Part shown: positions 16,678-27,732 of the stretch, in pieces | How positions within the stretch are numbered: the stretch's first letter is position 1 | Layout of the letters: each line of letters starts with the position of its first letter | NCBI GenBank assembly: GCA_964553825.1 | Contig: CAZKLT010000004.1 | Coordinates: 3,137-67,136 of the forward strand | DNA: 64,000 nt | DNA from: an uncultured Gammaproteobacteria bacterium | GTDB lineage: Bacteria; Patescibacteriota; Microgenomatia; UBA10105; UBA927 | Reading direction: 5' to 3' | Translations under genes and position numbers: made by a program | The notes under the pieces: generated by a model | Told to the model about the DNA's origin: nothing | Databases searched by the model: none | What the model saw: only the letters and a program-made list of their open reading frames with translations

Positions 16678-18153
16678 ATGCGGCGCCTCGTTACGATTGC
16701 ACTGATCATTCTCCTTGGATATCTTCTCTGGTGGCGTTGGCAGGTGGCACAGACCCGATTTTTTGATGTCGATGAATTCAGCTATCTGCATTGGACGGCA
16801 AATATTGTCAAAGGCGAGCGCCCGTATATTGATTTTTTTCTCATTTTCACGCCGGGTTTTCTTTGGGTTTTCGCCCCTCTGGTCAAAGCGTATTGGATGA
16901 GCGCATCTGTTTTTCTGGCTGCACGCGGACTTGCGTATCTTATTTTCCTTGCACTGCTTGCTGCCGTATCATTCCTGTTTGCCAGGACAAGAAACAAGCG
17001 GTGGGTTCTTTTACCGGCAATTATTCTTGCCTTTCTTCCGATGCCCTACGACAAGTTTCTGGAGGTACGTCCCGATAATTTTGCAACATTGCTCGGTTTC
17101 GTGGCGCTCACGTTTGAATCACTGGCATTTGTGCAAAAGAAGCGTGTGTACTGGTTTCTTGCCGGAATGGTGTATACCGTTTCGGTCATTGTATTTATCA
17201 AGATGATACCGTTTCCGTTTATCGGCGTACTTGTCGCATTAGGTGCATGGATGAAGCGGGAGATTGATGCCCGTGATGTGCGCACATTTATATTGGGCAT
17301 GGTGATCCCTGGGATACTTCTCTTGGGTTGGATGGCAACCCTTGGTGATCTGGGCTACATTTTATATTCGGTCCTCAAGCTTCCGTTTGAAACAAACCGC
17401 GTGGGTCAGGTGGATATCATGGAACCGCATTTATTCTTCTTTCCCAATGCATCATTTTATGGCGGATGGGGTATGACACTTGGTCTAATCACAAATCACT
17501 TTTGGTGGGTCATGGGTCTTCTTGCCGGGGTGTACCGGTTATTCACGCCGTATATTACGGCGGCGGGGGATACGCGGAAAACTTATGTCGAATACCTCGT
17601 CGGCGGCATATTTATCGTGTCGGTTTATGGATACATCCAGTTCTTCCCTCTCAAGCACAGCCAATATCTTATACCGATTGCGGTGTTCATCGCGTATTAC
17701 AGCGCCGATTGGCTCAGCGCTCTTTTCGAATGGGTGGAACGCAGAAGTCCGTGGCTTTTTCTGTGTATATTATTGGCTGGATCTTTCGTGCTTGCACAGG
17801 CGACAATTACCGTGAACCGTATGAAACTTGTGGCCTCAAATTCTCCTCAACTTGCCCACATGGAGCAACTGTTGAAAACCGTTCCGGCAAACGCACGCGT
17901 GTTTGATCTCGAAGGAAAAATGCTGTTCTGGGAGGATGCCTACTATATCTGTTGCGTGTCGGTCGGAAGCTTTGTGCATTATATTTCCCGGCCTCCGGCG
18001 CCGCTCATTTCCGCGTTGAGTGCCGAAACGGAATATATTTTTCAGGGAGAAAGCAACCGGCTTTCGGCGCTTTCACCATCAGAGCGTCTCCATATCGCAA
18101 CTTACTACGAGCCAGTCCCAGGCTGGGGAGACATGCTTCTTGTTCGCAAATAA
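16678..18153 (+). CDS. GT-C glycosyltransferase, PMT/ArnT-like (GT39/GT83-type) membrane protein
   Basis: First periplasmic-loop motif FDVDEFSYLHW (DE..Y acidic motif typical of PMT/ArnT family); ~12 TM helices. Confidence 0.7.
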   Translation: MRRLVTIALIILLGYLLWWRWQVAQTRFFDVDEFSYLHWTANIVKGERPYIDFFLIFTPGFLWVFAPLVKAYWMSASVFLAARGLAYLIFLALLAAVSFLFARTRNKRWVLLPAIILAFLPMPYDKFLEVRPDNFATLLGFVALTFESLAFVQKKRVYWFLAGMVYTVSVIVFIKMIPFPFIGVLVALGAWMKREIDARDVRTFILGMVIPGILLLGWMATLGDLGYILYSVLKLPFETNRVGQVDIMEPHLFFFPNASFYGGWGMTLGLITNHFWWVMGLLAGVYRLFTPYITAAGDTRKTYVEYLVGGIFIVSVYGYIQFFPLKHSQYLIPIAVFIAYYSADWLSALFEWVERRSPWLFLCILLAGSFVLAQATITVNRMKLVASNSPQLAHMEQLLKTVPANARVFDLEGKMLFWEDAYYICCVSVGSFVHYISRPPAPLISALSAETEYIFQGESNRLSALSPSERLHIATYYEPVPGWGDMLLVRK

Positions 18154-18857
18154 GCGTTTTGTCTGAGTGCCCAGAGATACAGGCGAAGATACTTAGGCAT
18201 CCGCTCGAAGAACCGGAATTTCGAGTGTCCTCGGGTTCGGCCTTTCCAGAATGTCGGCATTTCGGTGATCCTGTGGCCGTGGAAATACGCCTGAAGTACC
18301 AACTCCATGGATGCTTCTACGCCGCTGTCTGACTGTATGGTGAGACTTTTTGCAATTTTTGTTTTGTACATTTTATACGCGTTACTCACATCCCAGGTTG
18401 GGATTCCCGTCAGGAGGCGCATGCTCGTGCACACAAACCGGGAAAACAACGATTGAAGCCAGGGGCCACCTGCCTTGCGGCCGCCGGACATGTACCTCGA
18501 GGCGCAGACGACGTCCCATCCTTCACGTATTTTCTTCACCATCCGGTCGATATCTTTGGGATCATCACACAGATCAGCCATAACGGGAACGACATACGGA
18601 GTTACGGTCTTTCCCAAGCCCAGTGAAAGCGCGGAGCCAAAGGTGCCCGTTTTCGATATCCGATGGAGAAGGGATATGTGCTTGTGCTTGCGCATATAGG
18701 TACGGACAATAGTTGCTGTCCTGTCCCGGGCATCCGTATCGTTTACGACGAGTATTCGGTGCGGCGTCTGAACGGATTTTCGCAACGAATCAAGAACGGC
18801 CTCAATGGTATCAGTCTCGTGTTTGGCTGGGATGAGAATGGTGAGGATGGGTTGCAT
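18105..18857 (-). CDS. GT2 family glycosyltransferase (DPM1-like)
   Basis: ILIPAKHETDTIEAVL...LVVNDTDARD...; GT-A fold motifs; 49-nt convergent overlap with 16678..18153. Confidence 0.85.
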   Translation of the reverse strand: MQPILTILIPAKHETDTIEAVLDSLRKSVQTPHRILVVNDTDARDRTATIVRTYMRKHKHISLLHRISKTGTFGSALSLGLGKTVTPYVVPVMADLCDDPKDIDRMVKKIREGWDVVCASRYMSGGRKAGGPWLQSLFSRFVCTSMRLLTGIPTWDVSNAYKMYKTKIAKSLTIQSDSGVEASMELVLQAYFHGHRITEMPTFWKGRTRGHSKFRFFERMPKYLRLYLWALRQNAYLRTRSMSPQPGTGS

Positions 18858-20212
18858 TATCGCCTGTTATACACGTATCCGATTGCCTTCGCAATCCACC
18901 AGAAGCAGAGGAAAAAAAGAAATGTTTGCGTGGTAATAATATGTCGCGCAAATTCCCATGCTCCTCCAAAAACAAGACTGGAGAAAAGCTGGTATCCCTC
19001 TATAAGAACGATGCTCAAGAGAAAGGTATGCAGGGGTGTCTGTTTTTTGAGAAAAAGCCAGACGGTAAGCGGGGCAAGAAGGAGATACATAATCGTTGAT
19101 TTCTGAATGACCTGTATCATCCCGTCCAGAACATCAAAAAACGCTCGGGTTGGGCTCCACGCGGAAGCACGGTATATGACGCCGTAGACTTCCGTATCGA
19201 AAAACGCCTTGGGAATATCCGCGACTACTGACCGCATAAATGCCCCAAACTGATCGCGTACAACGAGGGCATTGAACCTCTGCAGATCGGCAACACGGTC
19301 GTATATTTCGTTATTGTAATGGACAAAAAAGTACCACGGTATAGAAACATTCCCGCCGTTTTGTTTGTATTCCACAACCTGTGCGTGCAGCGGGAGTACC
19401 GATGCGGCCGCGTCTACCGGAATATCGTACAAGAGAATTCTGCCAAAAACGGAGAAGTCGGTGTTGTAGCTAATACCGCGGAAATTGTGAAGTATCCGAT
19501 TTGCCGTAAGGAAGGTGGCGGGAATCAAAGTATAGAGAAGAAGGCAAAAAGCAATGAGGGTAAAAACGCGTTTTGTCCGGTGCATGACCCACACTAGCGG
19601 AAGCGTGAGAAATGGGAGAAGAAGTCCAGCCGGGCGAAGCATAAATGCATACGCAGCAAGCCCGGTAAACAGGAGCGCCGACACGGTGGTGACCCGGTGA
19701 AGCAGGCGCACAAAGAGCCAAAGAAGGACGATGAGCAGCGATATATAGAGTGATTCCGTCAGAAGTGTCCGATCCCAGATAAATTGATAGAGATTCAGCC
19801 CGGTAAATGCAGTGAATGCAAGGGAATACGGAGGAGAAATATTCAGGCGGATGAGGGTGTCAAAAAGGAAAATAAGGGAGAGCACGCTTGCGATCGTTTG
19901 TATCACAATGATAATCCAGAGTCGCTGGGTGAATTCTCTCGTCCCATAGAGGGGATAGGTATCACCGGTTACAGCCATAGCAAGGGAGGTGATCATGGTA
20001 TATCCGGGGGTTCTGTTGGGATTGAAGAAATTGGTACGCACATTTTTCCCAAAAAAATTTTCTTCCACATAATACCCCTGACTATCAGGTTTCAGATCAA
20101 TGCCGCCTCCCGCGTACGATATATACCAAAGACGGACGAATGCCGACACAACGAGTATTCCCAACAAAAGCAGCCGGTAGAATGGGGGTATTTCTATTCG
20201 CGACATAGGCAA
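18857..20212 (-). CDS. Polytopic membrane protein (GT-C-like candidate)
   Basis: ~11 TM helices; no diagnostic motif recognised. Confidence 0.5.
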   Translation of the reverse strand: MPMSRIEIPPFYRLLLLGILVVSAFVRLWYISYAGGGIDLKPDSQGYYVEENFFGKNVRTNFFNPNRTPGYTMITSLAMAVTGDTYPLYGTREFTQRLWIIIVIQTIASVLSLIFLFDTLIRLNISPPYSLAFTAFTGLNLYQFIWDRTLLTESLYISLLIVLLWLFVRLLHRVTTVSALLFTGLAAYAFMLRPAGLLLPFLTLPLVWVMHRTKRVFTLIAFCLLLYTLIPATFLTANRILHNFRGISYNTDFSVFGRILLYDIPVDAAASVLPLHAQVVEYKQNGGNVSIPWYFFVHYNNEIYDRVADLQRFNALVVRDQFGAFMRSVVADIPKAFFDTEVYGVIYRASAWSPTRAFFDVLDGMIQVIQKSTIMYLLLAPLTVWLFLKKQTPLHTFLLSIVLIEGYQLFSSLVFGGAWEFARHIITTQTFLFFLCFWWIAKAIGYVYNRR

Positions 20213-20237
20213 TAGTATCAGTATATAATAGCCGCAA

Positions 20238-21158
20238 ATGAAAACGGCAGTGATTACCGGTGGCGCAGGATTTATCGGGTCTCATGTTGCTGCCAGGCTT
20301 GTCCGTGACGGATATTCGGTTGTTGTATTTGATGATTTGTCTTCAGGCAGGAAAGCCGCAATTCCAAAGAGAGCGCGTTTCGTCCGCGGAGATGTTCGTT
20401 CCCAAAAAGCCGTGATGGGCGTGGTCGCGAAGTTCCGGCCAAGCGTGGTGTGCCATATTGCCGGTCGCGCTTCGAATATCGGGTCGTACATGGACCCGTA
20501 TGGCGATATAGCGGTGAATTATATAGGGTCTGTCAATATCGCCACGGCGTGTATCCGGTATGCAGTCCCGCGGCTCATCTATGCATCCAGCATGCTTGCT
20601 CACGGCGCAGACGGTCCGTCCTCGTATTATGGCGTATCCAAATATGCCGCAGAACGCTTTCTCCATCTGACGGCACAGCGTGGTGATATTGCCTCTCCTT
20701 TTGCAGTGACATCCTTAAGAATGTTTAATGTTTTTGGTCCGGGTCAAAGTCTTACAAATCCCTATCAGGGTGTTCTGGCGATCTTTGTCGGACGCGTTCT
20801 GCGGGGGGAGGAAGTTACGATTTTTGGCACCGGAAGACAATCACGGGATTTCGTATTTATCGACGACGTGTGTGATGTGTGGAGCCGTGTCATTGAGAAC
20901 ACCAAGAGCTGGGGGAAAGTGCTTGATGTCGGCACCGGGAAGCCTACGTCGATAAAAAAACTCGCCTACGACGTTATACGGGCCGCAGGAGGGGATAGGC
21001 GGACGTACCCGATCACGTTTATGAGTCAGCGGCCGGGTGACATTGCCGGTTCGGTCGCCGATATGAAAAAGACACGCGCGGTGATAGGGAAATGGAATCC
21101 GACGGCGCTCTCCCACGGTTTGACAAAAACCATCGCCTGGGCAAGAAAGACGTTATGA
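20238..21158 (+). CDS. NAD-dependent sugar epimerase/dehydratase (SDR)
   Basis: [18 protein letters not shown]; YGVSKYAAE. Confidence 0.85.
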   Translation: MKTAVITGGAGFIGSHVAARLVRDGYSVVVFDDLSSGRKAAIPKRARFVRGDVRSQKAVMGVVAKFRPSVVCHIAGRASNIGSYMDPYGDIAVNYIGSVNIATACIRYAVPRLIYASSMLAHGADGPSSYYGVSKYAAERFLHLTAQRGDIASPFAVTSLRMFNVFGPGQSLTNPYQGVLAIFVGRVLRGEEVTIFGTGRQSRDFVFIDDVCDVWSRVIENTKSWGKVLDVGTGKPTSIKKLAYDVIRAAGGDRRTYPITFMSQRPGDIAGSVADMKKTRAVIGKWNPTALSHGLTKTIAWARKTL

Positions 21159-22205
21159 ACGGTACGCGGAGGCCAGTTGAGCAACAATTTTTTCGGTGTC
21201 GTAGGTATGTTTCCAGAACGGGTAGTGAGATTTGAATTTCGAGACGTTGGAGATATACCAGATGTGATCGCCTTTCCTCGGGGTTGTTTTGTAGGTAAGT
21301 TTTGCTTTTTTCTTCACCAGTGGCTCGATGAGTTTGATGGCTTCCAGAATCGAAACGCTGGAAAATCTGCTTCCTCCCATATTGTACACTTCCCCGGCCC
21401 TTGGATGGCGCCAGAAGTGAGAAAACGCATTCACCAAATCGTATGCGTGGATGTTATCGCGCACTTGCTTGCCTTTGTATCCGAAGATGGTATACGGCGT
21501 CTCAGTGGCGATGGCGCGGACCAGGTATGCTAAAAATCCATGCTGCGAAGCTGCAGCGTGTGCGGGCCCGGTAATGCAACCGCAGCGGAATATGCCTGTC
21601 TTCAGACCGAAATAGCGGCCATATTCCTGGACGAGGATATCGGCTGATACTTTGGAGGCGCCAAACAAACTATGGAGGGATGCATCGACACTCATGGTTT
21701 CATCAATGCCCCGATACAAGGGATGATTTGTGCGAAGTTCATAGCGCGTCTTGCTTTCGTAGACCGGAAGAAGATTTGGCCGGTCGCCGTAGACCTTGTT
21801 GGTTGAGGTAAAGATAAATACGCCTTTGGCGCTATAGCGCCGGTACGCTTCAAGCAGGGTGAGTGTTGCCGTGGCATTGATGGAAAAGTCTGTCGCTGGG
21901 TCACCTGCCGCCCAATCATGTGATGGTTGTGCGGCGGTGTGGATAACAAGGTCAAAGTGGTATTTGGCAAAGAGCTCCGTGATTTTCCTCGCATCACGGA
22001 TGTCAAAGGAAAAATGCTTGTAGGAGGGGTAGTCTTTTTGCAGTTGGCGTGCGTTTGGCTTGGTGCTTGCCTCAGGGCCGAAGAAACGGCTGCGCATATC
22101 ATTGTCGATCCCGAATACGGCACACCCCCGGTTGCTGAAAAATTCGACGGACTGGCTTCCTACCAGTCCGGACGATCCGGTGATAAGGACTTTCTTCTTC
22201 GTCAT
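21153..22205 (-). CDS. NAD-dependent epimerase, CDP-paratose 2-epimerase-like
   Basis: [12 protein letters not shown]; [13 protein letters not shown] and [12 protein letters not shown] resemble CDP-tyvelose/paratose epimerase family (SSTNKVYGD). Confidence 0.75.
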   Translation of the reverse strand: MTKKKVLITGSSGLVGSQSVEFFSNRGCAVFGIDNDMRSRFFGPEASTKPNARQLQKDYPSYKHFSFDIRDARKITELFAKYHFDLVIHTAAQPSHDWAAGDPATDFSINATATLTLLEAYRRYSAKGVFIFTSTNKVYGDRPNLLPVYESKTRYELRTNHPLYRGIDETMSVDASLHSLFGASKVSADILVQEYGRYFGLKTGIFRCGCITGPAHAAASQHGFLAYLVRAIATETPYTIFGYKGKQVRDNIHAYDLVNAFSHFWRHPRAGEVYNMGGSRFSSVSILEAIKLIEPLVKKKAKLTYKTTPRKGDHIWYISNVSKFKSHYPFWKHTYDTEKIVAQLASAYRS

Positions 22206-22245
22206 GACGGTATTCTAGTCGCAAGCCTGCCAACCCGCAACCGCG

Positions 22246-22254
22246 TGCTACAAT
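22246..22254 (+). promoter_or_regulatory. Extended -10 element TGcTACAAT abutting first ATG of methyltransferase ORF (second Met at 22264 probably the true, near-leaderless start)
   Basis: Read from sequence. Confidence 0.3.
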
Positions 22255-23118
22255 ATGGGGCGTATGCACTGCGTTATATGTTCATCTCAGTCGCTTAAAA
22301 CGCTGTTTGTTCACAGGGCGGGACACATGGCGCTATGTAACATGTGTGGTCTCGTGCAGCTCACCCCCATGCCGTCTTCCAGGGAAATCGGGAAGTTGTA
22401 TCACGAAGATTTCGATCACTTCGCTCCGTACATTGAGCAAATTGCCGTACATCGGATGTATTTCCGTCAGAAAATAAAAGAAATAAAACAACACATGGGG
22501 CGCTCACACGCAGGCAAAATCCAACTTCTTGATGTCGGATGCGCTCTGGGTGTTCTTCTTGAAGAAGCCGGGAAGTTGGGGATTGCGGCAACCGGTATCG
22601 ATATTTCGCACGATGCCGTTGCCTATTGCCGGTCAAAAAAATTATCGGTTCTACCAGGAACTCTACACGCTTTGAATAAAAAATTAAAATATAGGTCATT
22701 TAGTGTAGTGACCGCATTCCAGGTAATCGAGCACGAGCGGGATCCGATAAGATTTGTTCGAAGGATACATAAATTACTCAAAAATGGTGGTTTAGTCGTC
22801 ATCGCTACGCCGGACTATGGGGGCTTATGGAGGAAAATTATGGGTCGGCACTGGTTTGGATTTGCGCATCCTGAACATGTTGTTCTTTTTTCGGAAAAGA
22901 GCATGCGGACGCTTCTGGGTAACGCCGGATTCCGCGATATCCACATACGGAAAGATACACCCCGGCCCTTTCCGCTCTCGTTTGCTTTTCGCAGGGCGGC
23001 TGATTATTTCCCATGGCTTGCCGGTATCTGTGTGCCCATTGCCCGATTTTTGGACCGGTCGAAGATAAAAAATCCTATTAATCCATGGGATGACATGATA
23101 GTATTTGCTAGAAAGTAG
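22255..23118 (+). CDS. Class I SAM-dependent methyltransferase with N-terminal Cys4 zinc-ribbon
   Basis: CVIC...CNMC then LLDVGCALGVLLEEAG (motif I GxGxG-like). Confidence 0.85.
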   Translation: MGRMHCVICSSQSLKTLFVHRAGHMALCNMCGLVQLTPMPSSREIGKLYHEDFDHFAPYIEQIAVHRMYFRQKIKEIKQHMGRSHAGKIQLLDVGCALGVLLEEAGKLGIAATGIDISHDAVAYCRSKKLSVLPGTLHALNKKLKYRSFSVVTAFQVIEHERDPIRFVRRIHKLLKNGGLVVIATPDYGGLWRKIMGRHWFGFAHPEHVVLFSEKSMRTLLGNAGFRDIHIRKDTPRPFPLSFAFRRAADYFPWLAGICVPIARFLDRSKIKNPINPWDDMIVFARK

Positions 23119-23147
23119 CCGGAACCACTGCCCCCCGAAATGTACAC

Positions 23148-24197
23148 ATGAGACGCATTCTTTTGTCGGTTGTTATTCCTACCTATAACTCATGGATCAC
23201 CGTTGACCGGTTGCTTGTGTCGCTGAAAGGATCGTCTTACCGACACTTTGAGGTCCTTATCGGGGACGATGCGTCCCATACGGAAAAACCGTCGCACCTT
23301 CTGGCGCTCAAGCGACAGAAAATAGGAGTAAGAGCGCCCGTATTGGTCCGTCTTCCCGTCAATCGGGGGCCGGCAGCGGCACGGAATGCTGCCGCGAAAA
23401 AAGCAAAAGGCGCTGTTCTGGTGTTTCTCGATGCTGATGTGACCGTGTACGCAGATACGCTCGCAAAAATCGCCATAAAATTTCAGGACGATCCTGATTT
23501 GACGGCTATTACCGGCGTGTGGGATAAACATCAGAAAACCCGGGCATTTTTTCCGCAGTTTAAGGCGCTTCGCGATTGGAGTTACTGGACCAATGAGCGG
23601 GGGAGCGACGGCTATTATTACCTTTTCAGTACCCGGGTTGCCGCTATAAAAGCAGATGTATTTACCCGGCTCGGGCGGTTTAATGAATCGTTCCGGCAGA
23701 TGGAAGACGTAGAATTTACCTACCGGATAGCGCAGCGGTATGCCATTATATTTGCACCGGATGTGCGGGTGCATCATGAATTCGAGGGATTTATCCCCGT
23801 TGCCCGGAAGTATTTCTGGCGCAGCTTTTATTGGATGCGCCTGTACCGCGTGCGACGAAAATTTGACCCTGTGGCAACAACGGTTTGGGAGAGCTTGGCG
23901 GCTCTCTCAGCGGTCGGTGCCGTGTGCTTTCTTCTGTTTGGCATGCTTGTGTATTTTCTTTGGCCCGTACCGTTCGTGAAGATGATGAGTCTTTCGGGTG
24001 CGGGAGTGCTTCTTTTGGCTCACATCATTTTATTGGCGAAATTTTTGCGGTTTGTGGCCCGCGAGAAGGGCTTAGCATTCATGGGCAAGGCATTGGGGAC
24101 CGGGATTATCTTATACTGCGTCATCGCAGCGGGATCTCTTTATTCCTTCACCGCTTCGTATATATCCACGCAAACTCGGCGTCCCCGCGGGAAATAG
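23148..24197 (+). CDS. GT2 family glycosyltransferase with C-terminal TM helices
   Basis: VVIPTYNS...LIGDDAS...DAD; C-terminal hydrophobic segments. Confidence 0.85.
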   Translation: MRRILLSVVIPTYNSWITVDRLLVSLKGSSYRHFEVLIGDDASHTEKPSHLLALKRQKIGVRAPVLVRLPVNRGPAAARNAAAKKAKGAVLVFLDADVTVYADTLAKIAIKFQDDPDLTAITGVWDKHQKTRAFFPQFKALRDWSYWTNERGSDGYYYLFSTRVAAIKADVFTRLGRFNESFRQMEDVEFTYRIAQRYAIIFAPDVRVHHEFEGFIPVARKYFWRSFYWMRLYRVRRKFDPVATTVWESLAALSAVGAVCFLLFGMLVYFLWPVPFVKMMSLSGAGVLLLAHIILLAKFLRFVAREKGLAFMGKALGTGIILYCVIAAGSLYSFTASYISTQTRRPRGK

Positions 24198-25770
24198 TGT
24201 GCGTCAGCTTCCAGGCAGCAGGCAGACGACGCTCAAACTCATGCCGAAGAATGTGGGATGATTTATTCACGAGAATGATGCTGTCTGCTTCGGCGGCGTT
24301 GTAGACATATTGGTCTTCCTCCCCCAGATAATACCAGGTAAGGTGCCCTCCGATAGGTGACCAGAGTGCGATGGTGCCTTTCGTTTTGTGAAGGTAGTCG
24401 ACGGCCTCCCGCACGGAAAGCGCCTCAATGTCCCGGTCATACTGTTTGTTTGGGTTCCGAGCAAGGATGTTGAGGTATCCCGTGGAATACGGAAAATAGA
24501 GGGCATTAATAAACACCAGATGCGCCAACACACCCAATGCCAAGCCCTGACACTGCGCCAGTGGAGTGCGGTAACGCCTCTGAAGAATGGTGGTCAGATT
24601 CCAGAGTCCAATGGCTGCAAGAAGCGATGCAGCCGGCAGAATTTCCATAAAGTGCCGCATGCCGTCATAAAAGGCGGCATGAGGAAGGATGGCCCGGAGG
24701 GGAGGGACGAAAAACCACACAAGAAGCAGTATTGACCCCGAGACGCCGGGGCTTCTCCTGACGATCAAGCCAATGTTCGTTGCCAGACCAACGGCAAGCA
24801 GGAAAAGAACGGGTAGCGGCGTGGAAAGAAGAATGTTCATCCATGGGTACCACCAGAGGCTTTTGCCGGTCCCCACCTCGTAGAGCGTGCCGTTCCAGAA
24901 CAATTTATATCCTTGTCCGACGGTGGTGAAGTAGGTGATAACTTCCGCAAATCTGCCTATGGGATCAAACCAAAGATACGGCCATGCGACAACGCAGACG
25001 ACTGCCCCCAGGGTGAGGAATAGAAGGATATGGACAAATGACACCCGTCCGCGAGGCGGTTTTGCGATCATGCGGGTCGCCAGAAGCGTTGCTGTCCAAA
25101 TGACAGGCACGTAGACGGCATTGAATTTGCTGGCCACGGCAAGCCCCCAGACCGTACCGGCAGCCAAAAGATTGTTGAGTTGGCCGCGGATGGTGAACCG
25201 GAACAGTACATAGAGTGTGACCGTGAAGAGTGCTACCTGTGCCGTGTCTTTGAGATTGGATACGCCATGCCCCCAGAGGGTTGGGTTTCCGGCAGTCAGA
25301 CCGGCGGCAAATAGACTCACCCATACGGGGAGGCCGAGTTTTCGGGCAAAAAGAAATACGCAGGATACGAGAAGGGCAAAAAAGAGCAGCGTTGCCGCGT
25401 GAAATGCAAGGATGATATCCGGTCCCGTGAGCGTGCCACCAATCAGCGCAAATCCCTGGGCGATGAGTGTGCCTATCATGTTGGGGAACGGGGGATACCG
25501 TGCGATGGCGACTTCCTGGCTGAAGATGAGTTTGCCGAAAATTGATGACGACGGGTCTCTTGCAGTCAGCGTTGACGGATCAAAGCCTTGGGCAAAAAAT
25601 CGGGCATACTGTCCGCCTGAGTAGATGTTGTCCGGTTCGTCCCATGCGGTGCCGATGCGCGTGAGAAGCGGTGCGCCGATAAGGAACATGGCAGCGAACA
25701 ATACGCCGGCAATCAACAGATTAGACGGAATAAAACGTCGATTGATCACGAGTTTCATGATACTCGTCAA
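24148..25770 (-). CDS. GT-C glycosyltransferase, ArnT/PMT-like membrane protein
   Basis: Loop motif GTAWDEPDNIYSG (DE acidic motif) after first TM; ~12 TM helices. Confidence 0.65.
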   Translation of the reverse strand: MTSIMKLVINRRFIPSNLLIAGVLFAAMFLIGAPLLTRIGTAWDEPDNIYSGGQYARFFAQGFDPSTLTARDPSSSIFGKLIFSQEVAIARYPPFPNMIGTLIAQGFALIGGTLTGPDIILAFHAATLLFFALLVSCVFLFARKLGLPVWVSLFAAGLTAGNPTLWGHGVSNLKDTAQVALFTVTLYVLFRFTIRGQLNNLLAAGTVWGLAVASKFNAVYVPVIWTATLLATRMIAKPPRGRVSFVHILLFLTLGAVVCVVAWPYLWFDPIGRFAEVITYFTTVGQGYKLFWNGTLYEVGTGKSLWWYPWMNILLSTPLPVLFLLAVGLATNIGLIVRRSPGVSGSILLLVWFFVPPLRAILPHAAFYDGMRHFMEILPAASLLAAIGLWNLTTILQRRYRTPLAQCQGLALGVLAHLVFINALYFPYSTGYLNILARNPNKQYDRDIEALSVREAVDYLHKTKGTIALWSPIGGHLTWYYLGEEDQYVYNAAEADSIILVNKSSHILRHEFERRLPAAWKLTHTISRGDAEFAWIYTKR

Positions 25771-27701
25771 TTATTGGGTATTTCAAGCGGGGGCACAAAA
25801 ATCGGGGTAGGTGCGGGCGTGGAGAGCGTGGTCGGTGTTTGCGGAGTCGGGATTTCCGGAGATACCGGTCCCTGAAGTCCGTTGAGTTCGTTCGTGATGA
25901 GGGAATAGTCTTCCGATCCGGCCGGAACATACTTCTGTGCCTGTGCCCACGCTTCTTTCGTACGCTCGAGATCCCCGTTGAGTTTGTACGCGTTGCCGAG
26001 GTTATACCAGGCATTGGCATAATCCGGTTTGAGCGTGGTTGCGCGCTCAAATTGCGTTATCGCTTCGGTATAGTTTTTCATCCGGACGTACATGCCGCCT
26101 AATTCAAGCGGCAGCACGGGGTTCACGGGGTCCCGTTTTATTGCTTCTTTGAGGGTTGCCACCGCCCATCCGTCTGCACCCTGCGCTACGCCAATAAGCT
26201 GTTCATAGGTGCGCGCGAGATTTTCCCATGCGAGGATATTTACGGGATTGAGGCTTACGGCAGTTTTGGCTTCACGGATCGATTGAGAGACCAGTTGCGC
26301 CACCAAATCCCGGTCTTCCAGGGCAGCAGCGCTGCTTGCGTCCGGTTGTTCACTCAGGCTGGTAGCCAGGGAGGTGGCAAGTGCGAGATTGGTTTGACTG
26401 AAATAAATCCGCAGCCTGCTATTTTTCGGATTTGCTTGAATAGCCTTCGTTTGCAATGTATACGTCTCAGTTCCGTTGTTACTCCGTGCCGCTGCCAGTG
26501 ATCGGGCAAACAAGCGCTCAGATGCATATGCCTTTCCGGTGAAATAGAGCGATCCGGCGATAAAAAGCCCGATAAGCGTTAGGAAGAAAATCCGTTTCCC
26601 CGAAGAGAGCTTTGCGGCGGGTATGATTGTGGGCGGCGCATGCGTCTCAGAAAGCAAAAGGAGCACAAAAAGCGTCAGCACCACCGATACGCTCGGCGGA
26701 GACAGAAGTATGGCCAAGATGCCCAGGAAGAGCGCCCAGGATAAACCGGGAATTGTGTGTCCAGGTCGGTTTCGCCAGAGGGTGCGCAGCGTAAACAGAA
26801 GCGCGCCCAACCCCAGGAGCCCCCACACGGTCATGTAATGAAACAGTACGGAAGAATTTGTGAGAAACCGGACGCTCCAAAGCGGGGTAACGTTTACGCT
26901 TGCCGGTCTTGCGGCTGAGAACGCTGCAAGAAAATTTTCAGCGCCGACGCCAAACAGCGCCTGCTTCGGGCTCTTGAGGATTTCAAGCGTGATTGCCCAT
27001 CCCTGAGAAAAGGGGAGTATGGTTGCGGGAATTCTCGGAATGAGTTCCCACAGGGTTACCCCGATTCCAACCGCAATAACGATAGTCATAATAAGAAGAA
27101 GGACCATATGGGTCTCGTGGTTGCGTTTTACCGCGCGTATCGTATGACCAACCACGAGCGGGAAGCTTAGCAGGAGCATGGTGGCTGTGGCCAAGGTTGA
27201 TCCGGTCGGTGTCCAAAGGGGATCGGCAAGAAATGCTACGGAAGGAAACATAATTCTGCCCATTCCAAGGAGCTGGTAAACAGCCAGAAGCGAGAGTATT
27301 GTTGTGACCCAGAAATATGCCCAAAGCAGCCGGGTGTGCGTGTGTTCATCCCGAACCATCGGAAGGACGCAGGAAACAAGCGCAAGGCTCCCAAACAAGA
27401 CGATGCCCAGAGGGTGCATGAGCGCCTCGACTTTGTTCGTAGAGGCCATAATGAGGCTTGCCGTACCGGCAAGGGCAAGAAGTGTCAGGCTTCTCGTTGT
27501 GGTGCCGAGCGAAAGGGCAACCTGGGAATGCCGGTGAGCCAGTGTCCACGCGCTTCCGGCAAGGGTCGCGAGCGACAGGGCGATGATGAAAAAGAATTTC
27601 CCCATATCGTAGAAATCCTGTACAGCCGGAAGAAAAAAGATTGCAGCCAAAGCAAGTGCGGCGGGAAAAAGCCAGGAAACGAGCGCGGAGGTGTGCTTCA
27701 T
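25767..27701 (-). CDS. O-antigen-ligase/Wzy-like polytopic membrane protein fused to C-terminal TPR repeats
   Basis: N-terminal ~400 aa polytopic; C-terminal TPR-like helical repeats (AWYNLGNAYKLNGDLERTKEAW..). Confidence 0.6.
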   Translation of the reverse strand: MKHTSALVSWLFPAALALAAIFFLPAVQDFYDMGKFFFIIALSLATLAGSAWTLAHRHSQVALSLGTTTRSLTLLALAGTASLIMASTNKVEALMHPLGIVLFGSLALVSCVLPMVRDEHTHTRLLWAYFWVTTILSLLAVYQLLGMGRIMFPSVAFLADPLWTPTGSTLATATMLLLSFPLVVGHTIRAVKRNHETHMVLLLIMTIVIAVGIGVTLWELIPRIPATILPFSQGWAITLEILKSPKQALFGVGAENFLAAFSAARPASVNVTPLWSVRFLTNSSVLFHYMTVWGLLGLGALLFTLRTLWRNRPGHTIPGLSWALFLGILAILLSPPSVSVVLTLFVLLLLSETHAPPTIIPAAKLSSGKRIFFLTLIGLFIAGSLYFTGKAYASERLFARSLAAARSNNGTETYTLQTKAIQANPKNSRLRIYFSQTNLALATSLATSLSEQPDASSAAALEDRDLVAQLVSQSIREAKTAVSLNPVNILAWENLARTYEQLIGVAQGADGWAVATLKEAIKRDPVNPVLPLELGGMYVRMKNYTEAITQFERATTLKPDYANAWYNLGNAYKLNGDLERTKEAWAQAQKYVPAGSEDYSLITNELNGLQGPVSPEIPTPQTPTTLSTPAPTPIFVPPLEIPNN

Positions 27702-27732
27702 GAATACTGTTTATGATACGGCATCAAATCGA

